A stretch of DNA of 60,123 bases from a virus (IMGVR_UViG_3300025853_000086:1-60123); one strand, 5' to 3'. Counted from the stretch's first letter, positions 1 through 8,292 are shown. Notes: generated by a model from the letters alone, not told the origin. Program-made: numbers and translations.

Positions 1-28
1 ACTAGGCAGGCATTTTGTACTGGTTGGT

Positions 29-460
29 TTACTTGCTGGCTTGCGGTTGCACTACCAGCTTAACGTATGGTGTGCCCCACGTTGCGCTGCTAGGGCTATA
101 GCCTCCTTGTAGCATTGCCATTAGGCAAACGGGTTTTTTGCTGCTATGCCCTAGTGGTTTAGCGGCTGCTAGTATTGCTGCTAGGCTAGTGTTACCTTCC
201 ACCCCTTGCAGCAACCAATCCTGTATAGTTTGGCGTACGCCGCCTGCCTTGCCGTTATAGCCAAACGGCACAGGGCTGCTAGTGCCTGCCTGTACATTTG
301 CCAGCGGCACAACTTGCACATTGTGTAAGTTGCCGCCTGCTGCTGTGTTAACCCATGCCCACAGTTGCGCGTAAGTAATTTCCTTACCGCCTGTAAACGT
401 GGCAACGTTTACTGTTGCTGCTGCTGTTGTGTTTTTTGTTGCTGTTTTTGCTTTAGCCAT
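29..460 (-). CDS. Hypothetical protein, GA/TC-depleted paralog of 1647-2075
   Basis: 143-aa ORF; differs from the second copy only by synonymous changes and one codon indel; shares SPVPFGY, GGVRQTIQDW, PLGHSxKKPVCL and GGYSPSS motifs with the paralog. Confidence 0.93.
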   Translation of the reverse strand: MAKAKTATKNTTAAATVNVATFTGGKEITYAQLWAWVNTAAGGNLHNVQVVPLANVQAGTSSPVPFGYNGKAGGVRQTIQDWLLQGVEGNTSLAAILAAAKPLGHSSKKPVCLMAMLQGGYSPSSATWGTPYVKLVVQPQASK

Positions 461-718
461 TTTTATATACCTTTAGTTGTGTGTGTGTTTTTGTGGCCTT
501 GTTTGCTGACCACGGAGTAATAGTAGCATTTTAGTGAACTATTGCAACCGTTGTAGCGAACTATTTTTTTGAGGATTTTATAGCATATACAGACACCACC
601 TGTCGGTGTCTGTGGCTTTCTAACTTCTCCTCTGTTGAGATGGGAATGGGAATGGGAATGGTTTATCTTAAGGCAGCAGCCACCAGTAACGCGACTGCCG
701 TCAGTGCAAAGAAAATCC

Positions 719-880
719 CTAGGAGCGCCATGTCGCCATCAGCCCTCCGGCTACCATGAGTAGGCAACCCTGCATTGCAATCAAGCCTAGCCAGAACAAC
801 TCTTGAGCTTCAGCTGCTGAACAGGCAACGATCAACCCTGTTATGAACAGGACCATACCAATGTTGTTTATCAGTCTCAT
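719..880 (-). CDS. Small two-TM membrane protein
   Basis: Two hydrophobic stretches; ATG at 880 has SD GAGAAAGG; upstream promoter at 916-944. Confidence 0.7.
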   Translation of the reverse strand: MRLINNIGMVLFITGLIVACSAAEAQELFWLGLIAMQGCLLMVAGGLMATWRS

Positions 881-915
881 ACCTTTCTCCGTATGTAGTG
901 TTGGTGTGCAAGTGT

Positions 916-953
916 AGTATGCCAAGCCGACACTGGGTGAGCTAGTCTTGTTT
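916..953 (-). promoter_or_regulatory. Sigma70-like early promoter
   Basis: AAACAAGAC-TAGCTC-N17-CATACT; near-identical motif at 6653-6691. Confidence 0.65.
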
Positions 954-1076
954 ATTCAACAATACTCCATAGAGGATGATTGATAATAACACCGAGATTG
1001 ATTGATAGTGATAGGTAGGGGGGAAATCCTCCGGAATCATCAATACTCTTCGTTTCTCTGGAATGGGAATGGGAGA

Positions 1077-1095
1077 AAGGGGGACAAGCCCCCTT
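1077..1095 (-). terminator. Hairpin terminator
   Basis: AAGGGGG-N5-CCCCCTT stem right after the ORF 1098-1361 stop, followed by a pyrimidine run on the minus strand. Confidence 0.6.
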
Positions 1096-1097
1096 AC

Positions 1098-1361
1098 TTA
1101 CAGATTAGACAAGAAGTCAGTCAGGTCTTGTAGCTGCTTATCGTCACAAACAATAAACGCCCCGAGACAGTTGACTTTTAAATAGTCATCATTAGTGTTG
1201 GTTATTGTAACGTCAGTCTGGTGTGTATACCCAGTAACCGAGATTTGGGTTAAATCATCAACCATTACCAACATGGTGTTGTCAGTCTTGTCAACAAACA
1301 ACGGTTGTATACCCACTTGGTCAAGGGATTTTAATACAGCATTAGTGCAAGCAGTAAACAT
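1098..1361 (-). CDS. Hypothetical protein
   Basis: 87-aa ORF with CTCATAGAAAGGAG leader; conserved in the second repeat copy. Confidence 0.85.
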   Translation of the reverse strand: MFTACTNAVLKSLDQVGIQPLFVDKTDNTMLVMVDDLTQISVTGYTHQTDVTITNTNDDYLKVNCLGAFIVCDDKQLQDLTDFLSNL

Positions 1362-1588
1362 AATCAGCTCCTTTCTATGAGTTTTATGGTATTTGTTAAT
1401 TACTACAAAGCCAGTATGCCAATAGACTTTTTGTGAAACAACCCCCCCCAGAAAAAGAAAGATATTGATTACTTATGTATATGTATACATAAGTAAAAGT
1501 CATCCTCAATCCTCCTCCTCTCGGGAAAGGGAAGGGAGAGGATGGGAGGGGAATGGGAAGTCCTCAATATTCATCCTTTTCGCAAGTC

Positions 1589-1613
1589 AAAAAAGAGGGA
1601 GCCGAAGCTCCCT
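1589..1613 (-). terminator. Intrinsic terminator
   Basis: AGGGAGC-TTCG-GCTCCCT (cUUCGg loop) followed by CTTTTTT, downstream of 1647-2075. Confidence 0.9.
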
Positions 1614-1646
1614 AATCACACACGTACGACTCAAGGAGTGGTCAGG

Positions 1647-2075
1647 TTAACCCTGAACCACCAGTTTGACAAACGGTGTCCCCCAATACTTGCTAGACGG
1701 GGAGTAGCCACCGTGCATGAGCGCGTGGAGGCAGACCGGCTTTTTGCGCGAGTGCCCAAGCGGAGCGGCCTTATTGAGCGCAGTCTTAAGACTACGGTCA
1801 CCGTCCACACCGCGTAGCATCCAGTCCTGTATAGTTTGTCGTACGCCTCCAGCGCGACCACCATAACCGAACGGTACAGGTGACGTGCTAGCCAGATCCA
1901 CGTTATCCAGTGGAACAATCTTCACGTTGGCCTCGTTACCACCGGCATGCTCTTGGACAAACTTCCAGATGTCACCGTATGAAAGCTCTTCACCGGTGAG
2001 ACAGAGCTCAGCCACTTTTACCTCGGCCTTCGCGACTGGTGCTTTCTTTACTGCTTTCTTAGCTGATGTAGCCAT
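1647..2075 (-). CDS. Hypothetical protein, normal-composition paralog of 29-460
   Basis: 142-aa ORF, strong SD, own promoter and terminator, full-length similarity to 29-460. Confidence 0.93.
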   Translation of the reverse strand: MATSAKKAVKKAPVAKAEVKVAELCLTGEELSYGDIWKFVQEHAGGNEANVKIVPLDNVDLASTSPVPFGYGGRAGGVRQTIQDWMLRGVDGDRSLKTALNKAAPLGHSRKKPVCLHALMHGGYSPSSKYWGTPFVKLVVQG

Positions 2076-2136
2076 TTTCCTATCTCCTTTCTATGAGAAA
2101 TGATTGGTCCTACATAACCCCTTGGTTACGGTATTC

Positions 2137-2170
2137 ACTATACTCTCATTAGTTATCATTGCCAGTCTTT
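2137..2170 (-). promoter_or_regulatory. Sigma70-like promoter
   Basis: AAAGACT-GGCAA...TATAGT upstream of 1647-2075. Confidence 0.55.
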
Positions 2171-2344
2171 TTGCATCCTTCTTAATCGGTCAAGATTGAC
2201 GTCATCATCAATCTTCCTCGTATACACCCACCATCGTTCGTCATCAATCATCCTCTTTCTTCTTAGAATGGGACGGGATAGAAGATGAATGATGATGACA
2301 AACGAGGATAGAAGAAGAGTTGACCACGCACAACGCCTCACGCA

Positions 2345-2779
2345 TCACGGCTCATGCTCTTTCTTCCTCGCATGGGCGATAATAAAATCAAGGAGGGCGG
2401 TCCAATCATACGGCCTCCCCGTTTCCCAATCCGGGGTCAACGCCTCACGGTCCTTCGTCCCCTCAGCTAGCTCCATGGCTCTTTCTCCTCCAAATAATTT
2501 GAGGGAGGAGGAGGAAGGATGACCAACAAGGTTCCAGACACTGCCCCCTTGATTTGAATACTGTACCTGCCATGCGATTTGGTGCGGTCTCAGGTCGATC
2601 TTTCTTATGACTTTTAATTGACTGACTTTTAGTTCAATCCAAAAGGAAGTACCGTCCTTCACTCCGTGAACATCAGGTACTCCGGGAGTAGCCCAAGTCT
2701 CGAGGCGTGTCCAAAACACGCCCGAGGCTTTAGTCCCTTGTTTTAACTTACTCCATAACTGGGACTCAGGTTTAGACAT
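2345..2779 (-). CDS. PD-(D/E)xK nuclease, VRR-NUC/Holliday junction resolvase-like
   Basis: E..LW, GVPDV, FWIELK and LRPHQIAW motifs. Confidence 0.8.
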   Translation of the reverse strand: MSKPESQLWSKLKQGTKASGVFWTRLETWATPGVPDVHGVKDGTSFWIELKVSQLKVIRKIDLRPHQIAWQVQYSNQGGSVWNLVGHPSSSSLKLFGGERAMELAEGTKDREALTPDWETGRPYDWTALLDFIIAHARKKEHEP

Positions 2780-2966
2780 CCGCCCCTCCGTGGCCGACTA
2801 CCGCTTGCAGTTGCTCTTGACACGATTCACACGGGGTTTTATCCTCGTTTTCGATGTATTTCGCGTAGTTATTGCCGAGCATCGGCTTACCGCACAGGGT
2901 TTGTCCCTTACCCGCGATATTCCAGTGTTGCTGCCCAAGACGTTTTGTCCATTCATCAATCCGCAT
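2772..2966 (-). CDS. Small Cys/His-containing hypothetical protein
   Basis: 64-aa ORF coupled to neighbours; H..LCG..CxxC. Confidence 0.7.
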   Translation of the reverse strand: MRIDEWTKRLGQQHWNIAGKGQTLCGKPMLGNNYAKYIENEDKTPCESCQEQLQAVVGHGGADV

Positions 2967-3216
2967 AAAGCACCTCCATCAATTGGTGTGGTTGTGTTTC
3001 AAAAGTAACCCAGTCACCGCAGGCTACCGATTTATCACCTACGGTCACTGGTAGCGTCTTAGCGTATTGAATAAACCGACCTAAGCGCTCCTCCTCGAAC
3101 AGCTCATGCAACTTGTCATGCTGCTCGCAATAGCAGTACGCGACTGCCCACAGGGTACCCATCACAGGCATAAACGACACTTGGTCGTCACTTGCTATGT
3201 TAAATACCTCAATCAT
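2956..3216 (-). CDS. Hypothetical protein
   Basis: Start trimmed to MIEVFN, giving an ATGA overlap with the upstream stop. Confidence 0.65.
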   Translation of the reverse strand: MIEVFNIASDDQVSFMPVMGTLWAVAYCYCEQHDKLHELFEEERLGRFIQYAKTLPVTVGDKSVACGDWVTFETQPHQLMEVLYAD

Positions 3217-3467
3217 GACATATCCCCTAGCATGCCGTCGGCTATCCACTCTTCTGGGTGTTCGGACCATTGCTGCAAGAAGTCTGCTTGCCATGCCATG
3301 TCGGGGTCTACTACAGGCATATCACAGGGGTAGTCCCTATTGCCGTCTTCCATTAAGGCATTGCATCCTAGCTGTGCAAAGAGCTTGGCGCGATTCTTGT
3401 AATCGCCAAACTCGTGTAGGGTGTCATGCTCCCAAGGTTCTCCACAAAACTTACAATGTATATCCAT
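3213..3467 (-). CDS. Hypothetical protein with CxxC
   Basis: 84-aa ORF with CTCATAGAAAGGAG leader. Confidence 0.8.
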   Translation of the reverse strand: MDIHCKFCGEPWEHDTLHEFGDYKNRAKLFAQLGCNALMEDGNRDYPCDMPVVDPDMAWQADFLQQWSEHPEEWIADGMLGDMS

Positions 3468-3555
3468 GTCGCAACTCCTTTCTATGAGTTAGTGAGCGTA
3501 CCTACTTGGTACATTACAATGGTGCGCCACGACACCAACCCCGAGCAACTCTTGT

Positions 3556-4089
3556 TTAGTCTTCTTGCGTCGCTTCACCTTCGATCACTAGATTACCTTG
3601 CATAATCGCCTGTAGAGCAGGGAAGTCTTCTTGGAGTTGTTGTATTTCTTTAAGGACTTCCTCTTTGCTCATCTGGTCAATGCGCCCGTGCAAGATTTCT
3701 TTGCGATCTATGTACAATCCTGCTGCTTGGCCTCTAGACTTTTCCGCAGCGACAGCCGCAGCGAAATTGTTACCACTGAGGGCAGCATCACGGATCTCTG
3801 CTAGTTTTCTGACATGGCCTTCAAATGTGACTTCGTACTTGACGCCAAGCTCTTGTTTGATTTCTGCAATACGTTGATTGACCCTAGGGTTCAGCTTGAG
3901 CATTTGCGAAGCAATAGACGCAGCGGAGTTCTCACTGAATCCAGCACGGAGAGCGGCTTCTGTTTGGGTGACATCTTCGCAAGCAAAGATCATCGCAAAC
4001 TTTTCCTGCTTTGCAGTGAGATTCCTTACCTTGTCCGAGCGGACGGGCACATCCAACTTCTTTTTGTGAGTAACTTTTGGCAGAGCCAT
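3556..4089 (-). CDS. terS: Terminase small subunit
   Basis: LTAKQEKFA...TQTEAALRAGFSENSA N-terminal HTH typical of TerS. Confidence 0.8.
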   Translation of the reverse strand: MALPKVTHKKKLDVPVRSDKVRNLTAKQEKFAMIFACEDVTQTEAALRAGFSENSAASIASQMLKLNPRVNQRIAEIKQELGVKYEVTFEGHVRKLAEIRDAALSGNNFAAAVAAEKSRGQAAGLYIDRKEILHGRIDQMSKEEVLKEIQQLQEDFPALQAIMQGNLVIEGEATQED

Positions 4090-4112
4090 CGTATCTCCTA
4101 GACTAACTTACC

Positions 4113-4331
4113 GGACTTTACATAATAGGTCGAAAATCGCGAAGGACAAAAATGCATTTTATCACATTCCGTCGCCGCGCGAACACGAGTTTGATGAACA
4201 TATATTTTTCTATATTGGTCCATTTGGACATAACTCCTTGAATAACCAAGTATAGTGTGATATCGTATATTATAGAATGTTAAAAATCCATTTTACGCAT
4301 CTCGCGAATTTCGACCTATTATGTAAAGTCC
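4113..4331. repeat. Inverted-repeat-bounded element A
   Basis: 30-bp arms at 4113-4142 and 4302-4331 with one mismatch; core ACTTTACATAATAGGTCGAAAATCGCGA. Confidence 0.9.
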
Positions 4332-4370
4332 CCTGAACAGAGGTTATTGGTCAAAAATTGATCAACTTTT

Positions 4371-4465
4371 GAATTCTGTAAGACTTTTTTGAATTCTGTA
4401 AGACTTTTTGAATTCTGTAAGACTTTTTGAATTCTGTAAGACTTTTTGAATTCTGTAAGACTTTT
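4371..4465. repeat. Tandem array, 5 x 19 bp (GAATTCTGTAAGACTTTTT), iteron-like
   Basis: Copies start at 4371, 4391, 4410, 4429 and 4448; no spacers. Confidence 0.95.
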
Positions 4466-4581
4466 GCCATAATCCCCGCCCCTTACTCGACGCCCCTAGG
4501 CTGTTTGATAGTGCATGCCTAGGGGTAAGGCAGGGGTGGGGTTGTCCAAGGGCAGGTAGACAGTCTAGCGGCGGCTTGGGA

Positions 4582-5007
4582 TTATCCAAACAGTTTGTGC
4601 CATAAGGTAGGCCATAGTCCACGGTGGACAGGTTCTTCCTTCTTGTCGAACACGCCTTGGTCAACTGCCGTGGTGACGGTTGTTTTTTCTGCGGACGGCA
4701 CCGGATTAGGTGCCGCCATCCCTGCGCTAGTCACCGTGATGGTTACACTTTCCGTCTTGGTCTTGGTCTTAGGTTTTGCATCGGCCACCCCTGCCTCTTT
4801 AAGAGCCACATTAGTGATAGGCAACCCCCGCTCAATGTTTTCGTTTTTCAGCCGACGATACACCACATACTTGACTTGCTGCTGTGTCATTTTATACTTT
4901 GCAGCCAGTTGTTTGATTGTCATGCCTTGAGCTTTGTCCGCCGCAATTTGATAGATCATTGCGTCGTTCCATTTTTCGTTAAAGTGCCCATCCTCTTTCT
5001 TAGCCAT
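4582..5007 (-). CDS. Putative HTH DNA-binding protein
   Basis: GMTIKQLAAKYKMTQQQVKYVV is HTH-like; SD AGGAG. Confidence 0.65.
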   Translation of the reverse strand: MAKKEDGHFNEKWNDAMIYQIAADKAQGMTIKQLAAKYKMTQQQVKYVVYRRLKNENIERGLPITNVALKEAGVADAKPKTKTKTESVTITVTSAGMAAPNPVPSAEKTTVTTAVDQGVFDKKEEPVHRGLWPTLWHKLFG

Positions 5008-5236
5008 TGTGCTTCTCCTGTGTGAGGTGTTCTAGTTGACCTACCGTCCGAGCAAGTTGAATAATATACTCATCCAGTGGATTTTTACACTTTTTGCACT
5101 TGGTGTCCCCAAGTAGGACCACCAACTCCCAAAGTAGGGCAGTCTCGTCGTGGTGGGTAAAGATCTGCCCCAAGGCTCGCTTTTCCCTGCGAGCCAAGTT
5201 GTAGACTACATCTAGCTTTTGTGTAGTCTGGGTCAT
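5000..5236 (-). CDS. Hypothetical protein
   Basis: ORF coupled to neighbours. Confidence 0.7.
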   Translation of the reverse strand: MTQTTQKLDVVYNLARREKRALGQIFTHHDETALLWELVVLLGDTKCKKCKNPLDEYIIQLARTVGQLEHLTQEKHNG

Positions 5237-5601
5237 TAGTACCAACAGGAGTACTCTACCTGCCCTCCCTGTTCTAGTGCGTCCAGCGCAGCTTGCACAA
5301 ACTCGGCATCTTGTTGGGCGTAGTCTTCAACGGCTTGGTCTTGCCATTGGTGTCCCCAAAAGAAACCTCCTCTGCAAAAATAGTCCTCGTACCCTTTTGC
5401 GATTTGGTTCTGCAAATCCAGCAGGTCGTCTTTGGTGAGCACAAGTGTTTGACAGTTGAAGTCTTCGGCATCCTCGCCGTGGACGGTGTCTGCCCACAAG
5501 GCTTGCATGAACTCTTGCAACCGCGAGTGTTTGCGCCAGTAAAACTCAACGGCTTGGGCGTGGTCCTTTTGGCGGACAAAACCGTATTGATCTAAACCCA
5601 T
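5236..5601 (-). CDS. Conserved phage hypothetical protein
   Basis: MGLDQY...YWRKH...FFWG...YSCW pattern common in phages. Confidence 0.8.
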   Translation of the reverse strand: MGLDQYGFVRQKDHAQAVEFYWRKHSRLQEFMQALWADTVHGEDAEDFNCQTLVLTKDDLLDLQNQIAKGYEDYFCRGGFFWGHQWQDQAVEDYAQQDAEFVQAALDALEQGGQVEYSCWY

Positions 5602-6107
5602 TAGTCGGTCTCCTCATTTTCTACGTGTGGTAATAGCTCTGGTTGGGGCAGGTGTTTATCCCCAAAATCTAGGTTGGTGTCCATCCATTCTTCTAATGCG
5701 TCGGGTTGATCGGTCCACTCAATCACCTTGAGCACCGGAATATGTTGCTTGGTTTCTGCGCAGCGCACCTCGGTTGCGCCGACATAGACGCGGTCGTGAC
5801 CGCGCACGTCGTAAATAAAAACCCGAAAGGTAAAGTCCGGTGGTAGGCGGTAGATACCGGCAAAATCCATGCGGAATCGCTTGGCAGCATCTTTTACAGC
5901 GGTGCGCAGGTCGGCGTCACGTGACCATACTCCAGCGCCATACTCATCAAAGATGGTTGCTATAAAATCAGATTCGGTAAGGTCCTCCTCTTCTGTTGGA
6001 AAAGACACGGTGATGTAACCCGCGCCAATGTCACCCAACTCATCATTTACTTCCCACTTGTGGGTCGGGCACGTTTCCAACCAATCATAAAACTCTTTTG
6101 TGTTCAT
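5601..6107 (-). CDS. Hypothetical acidic protein
   Basis: 168-aa ORF, SD AGGAGG. Confidence 0.8.
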   Translation of the reverse strand: MNTKEFYDWLETCPTHKWEVNDELGDIGAGYITVSFPTEEEDLTESDFIATIFDEYGAGVWSRDADLRTAVKDAAKRFRMDFAGIYRLPPDFTFRVFIYDVRGHDRVYVGATEVRCAETKQHIPVLKVIEWTDQPDALEEWMDTNLDFGDKHLPQPELLPHVENEETD

Positions 6108-6118
6108 GGTATGGCCTC

Positions 6119-6598
6119 CTAGGTAATTATCCGCGCTTGGACTTCCACCGTTGCGTTGTTGATAATTTCCTGCACGGCGTCGCTTAGGTTGTCGCGGAGG
6201 TAGTCGTCTAACAAGTCGTTAACGGCATCTTGTAGAAGGTGGGGGGACAACTGTTCGTCGGGGTTGTCGGCTTTGTACTCTACCTCGTCTAGGCGGTCGG
6301 TTAGTTCCTGCAACCTGTCGTCGTCTTGTGGGTTTAGGGGACGCATAGCCTTTTCAAGGTCTGCTAGTTTGACAGTAAGGCAGTGGAGTAGGCTATCCAA
6401 CTTGTGGACGGTGGTTTCTACCTTGGCGAGTTTGAGGCTATACACCCGCAGCGCAAACTCTTGTTGGGTCAGGTATTTGGTTACCGGCTCCATGCACAGG
6501 TCGACTTCGGTTGCTACTTGCGATAGCGTGAGTTGATCAGATAGGCGATCAGTAGTATCAGGGTCAGTGTGAGAAATGGCATTGCTTTCTATATCCAT
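6119..6598 (-). CDS. Coiled-coil hypothetical protein
   Basis: Start trimmed to MDIES after the CTCAAGAAAGGAG leader. Confidence 0.78.
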   Translation of the reverse strand: MDIESNAISHTDPDTTDRLSDQLTLSQVATEVDLCMEPVTKYLTQQEFALRVYSLKLAKVETTVHKLDSLLHCLTVKLADLEKAMRPLNPQDDDRLQELTDRLDEVEYKADNPDEQLSPHLLQDAVNDLLDDYLRDNLSDAVQEIINNATVEVQARIIT

Positions 6599-6652
6599 TA
6601 GGTACTCCTTTCTTGAGTAGTGGTTGATGCACAGCTCTTGCTGCACCCCTAC

Positions 6653-6691
6653 AGTATGGCTGCCGAGTGCAAAGGTGAGCTAGTCTTGGTT
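6653..6691 (-). promoter_or_regulatory. Sigma70-like early promoter
   Basis: AACCAAGAC-TAGCTC-N18-CATACT. Confidence 0.6.
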
Positions 6692-6878
6692 ACTCTTCTT
6701 TGTTCCGCAGACTTTTACTCCAAACGGGGTCGAACAGAGAATCTTTCGCGCTGACGCCAGGAGGAATCTTCGTTATTCGTCCTCCCTTGGCTAGGTATTC
6801 TTTCACGTGGTTGTTCAACAAATCGCGCAGGTGAGTTTTTTGGTCTTCGGTGGGGAGGTCTATCTTTGTGGTGGTCAT
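6690..6878 (-). CDS. Small hypothetical protein
   Basis: YLAKGGRITKIPPG motif common in small phage proteins; ATGA coupling. Confidence 0.75.
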   Translation of the reverse strand: MTTTKIDLPTEDQKTHLRDLLNNHVKEYLAKGGRITKIPPGVSAKDSLFDPVWSKSLRNKEE

Positions 6879-7276
6879 GGTATGCCTCGGTAAAAAGTGT
6901 GTTTATGGATAACCGTAGTCACTTGTCCAAACATTGCCCACGCAGGAGCCACCTTGTGATTGTGATAGTGGGTGGCTCCGTCGGTGTGGTCCGGGAGGTA
7001 ACCGGTCAAATATGCAAGATACATTGCCTGTCGCCAAGCGGGGATGTCGGTGGGGGTGTCGGACTTGCCATCGCAATAGAAGCTAAACTGACATCGATCG
7101 CGGATAGGGTGGTCCCCCCAGTAATGTCCCTGCTTGACTACGGCACAAGCATCGGCAGGGTAGCGGGGGTCCTGTATCCTGTTCTTTATCACTTGGGCAA
7201 CGGCTATCTGTCCCGATAATGGTTCGCCTCGGGCTTCAAAATAGATAGCCAAGGCCACGCACATCAAGCTAGTCAT
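6875..7276 (-). CDS. SleB-like cell wall hydrolase (Hydrolase_2)
   Basis: IYFEARGE..GQIAVAQVIKNR, CQFSFYCDG, GATHYH and H.FY motifs. Confidence 0.92.
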   Translation of the reverse strand: MTSLMCVALAIYFEARGEPLSGQIAVAQVIKNRIQDPRYPADACAVVKQGHYWGDHPIRDRCQFSFYCDGKSDTPTDIPAWRQAMYLAYLTGYLPDHTDGATHYHNHKVAPAWAMFGQVTTVIHKHTFYRGIP

Positions 7277-7469
7277 CGTAGATACTGTGGTTCTTTTCAA
7301 AAGGACGGCAGGTTTCCAGCACGAGGTGTTGCATCTCTTGCGCCTCCTTTTTTCCAACCACTACCATCATGTTAGGTTGTACTTGGACAACGCACATCGT
7401 CCGTTGTTCCTCGTGTGCTAAGAACTCGGCCTCTTCTAACGCAGCCATTGGGTTGCTAAAGTAACTCAT
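7269..7469 (-). CDS. Hypothetical protein
   Basis: 66-aa ORF within the operon. Confidence 0.7.
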   Translation of the reverse strand: MSYFSNPMAALEEAEFLAHEEQRTMCVVQVQPNMMVVVGKKEAQEMQHLVLETCRPFEKNHSIYDD

Positions 7470-7627
7470 TCTTCTTCCTCAGTTGGGTTGGTAGGGTCCT
7501 CGTGCCCGTCGTAATAACAACTGTCGGGATGCTCACACGCATACTCAAAATACCATTTGTCGCCAGTGCCGAACGGGTCATACTCCCGCTCGCACACTGG
7601 GCAACCGTCACCGTTGGGTGGGCACAT
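7466..7627 (-). CDS. Small Cys-rich protein (53 aa, not in the ORF track)
   Basis: Hand translation MCPPNGDGCPVCERE...; fills the gap and overlaps both neighbours. Confidence 0.65.
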   Translation of the reverse strand: MCPPNGDGCPVCEREYDPFGTGDKWYFEYACEHPDSCYYDGHEDPTNPTEEEE

Positions 7628-7911
7628 CAACTTATGCTCGGCCAAATCCGCACGGGTGCGTCGGAGTTGAGAAAGGTTTCAGTGATGTACATGTCGTCCC
7701 GTAAGTCTAGGTCATAACACCTGCTTAGGAAAAGCCCTGCGTCGCAGTCCTCTTCTAAGGCGAAGTGCGTGGGATTGACCTCGGAGTTTTGATAGCTGTA
7801 ACTACTGAAGTCTTTAGGCTCTAGACCCACCAAATCCAGCTGCTTGCGGCTGACTATTAACCAACCGTGTCCGGGATCGCTTACAAATTCCATCTTTAGG
7901 TTCATCTGCAT
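7627..7911 (-). CDS. Conserved phage/plasmid hypothetical protein
   Basis: DPGHGWL...LEEDCDA motif. Confidence 0.8.
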   Translation of the reverse strand: MQMNLKMEFVSDPGHGWLIVSRKQLDLVGLEPKDFSSYSYQNSEVNPTHFALEEDCDAGLFLSRCYDLDLRDDMYITETFLNSDAPVRIWPSIS

Positions 7912-7913
7912 GG

Positions 7914-8282
7914 CTAGTACTCCGACGGTAATAAGAGGGTACCATTCATGTACCAGAACTTCCAGTCACCTTCGGGGGCATCGGTGTAGTCCATTTTGCG
8001 AGTATAGTATACATTGTCGTCGCCGTCGGTAACCGTTATCCAGGCTTGGTTGTCTGCTACGGTGAGTGTAATAAAAGCGTCGTATGACTGATTATGGATG
8101 GAGTGTATCTCCGTGCTGATAATATCTAAGAACCAGTACGCTCCTGCTTTTTCGCAAAAGTGTTGTACACCCTCAGTGTATAACATACCACCGAGGAAGT
8201 CAGGTTGCTTATACACTTCCATGGAACCCGTGAAGTGACGCAAGTCTTGCGCCAGTTGATCTGCCGATATTGCTGTTTCCAT
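7914..8282 (-). CDS. DUF6876-like protein
   Basis: LYTEGV...AGAYWFLDII, YTD and LLLPSEY motifs; start trimmed to METAIS. Confidence 0.75.
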   Translation of the reverse strand: METAISADQLAQDLRHFTGSMEVYKQPDFLGGMLYTEGVQHFCEKAGAYWFLDIISTEIHSIHNQSYDAFITLTVADNQAWITVTDGDDNVYYTRKMDYTDAPEGDWKFWYMNGTLLLPSEY

Positions 8283-8292
8283 AACTTTCTCC

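Larger units (their letters stand above)
1..1351. repeat. Left copy of imperfect terminal direct repeat (circular or terminal overlap)
   Basis: Matches 58586-60123 colinearly, with substitutions, a different gene-1 promoter region and a 203-bp indel. Confidence 0.97.

Noticed and set aside
4113-4331. MITE or IS element
   Set aside because: There is no transposase or target-site duplication, and the two copies are internally diverged with conserved blocks, which looks more like functional sites.
4371-4465. CRISPR array
   Set aside because: The repeats are head-to-tail with no spacers, and no cas genes are present.
4362-4664. 100-aa ORF
   Set aside because: It is a translation of the tandem repeat and hairpin, and overlaps a better gene.
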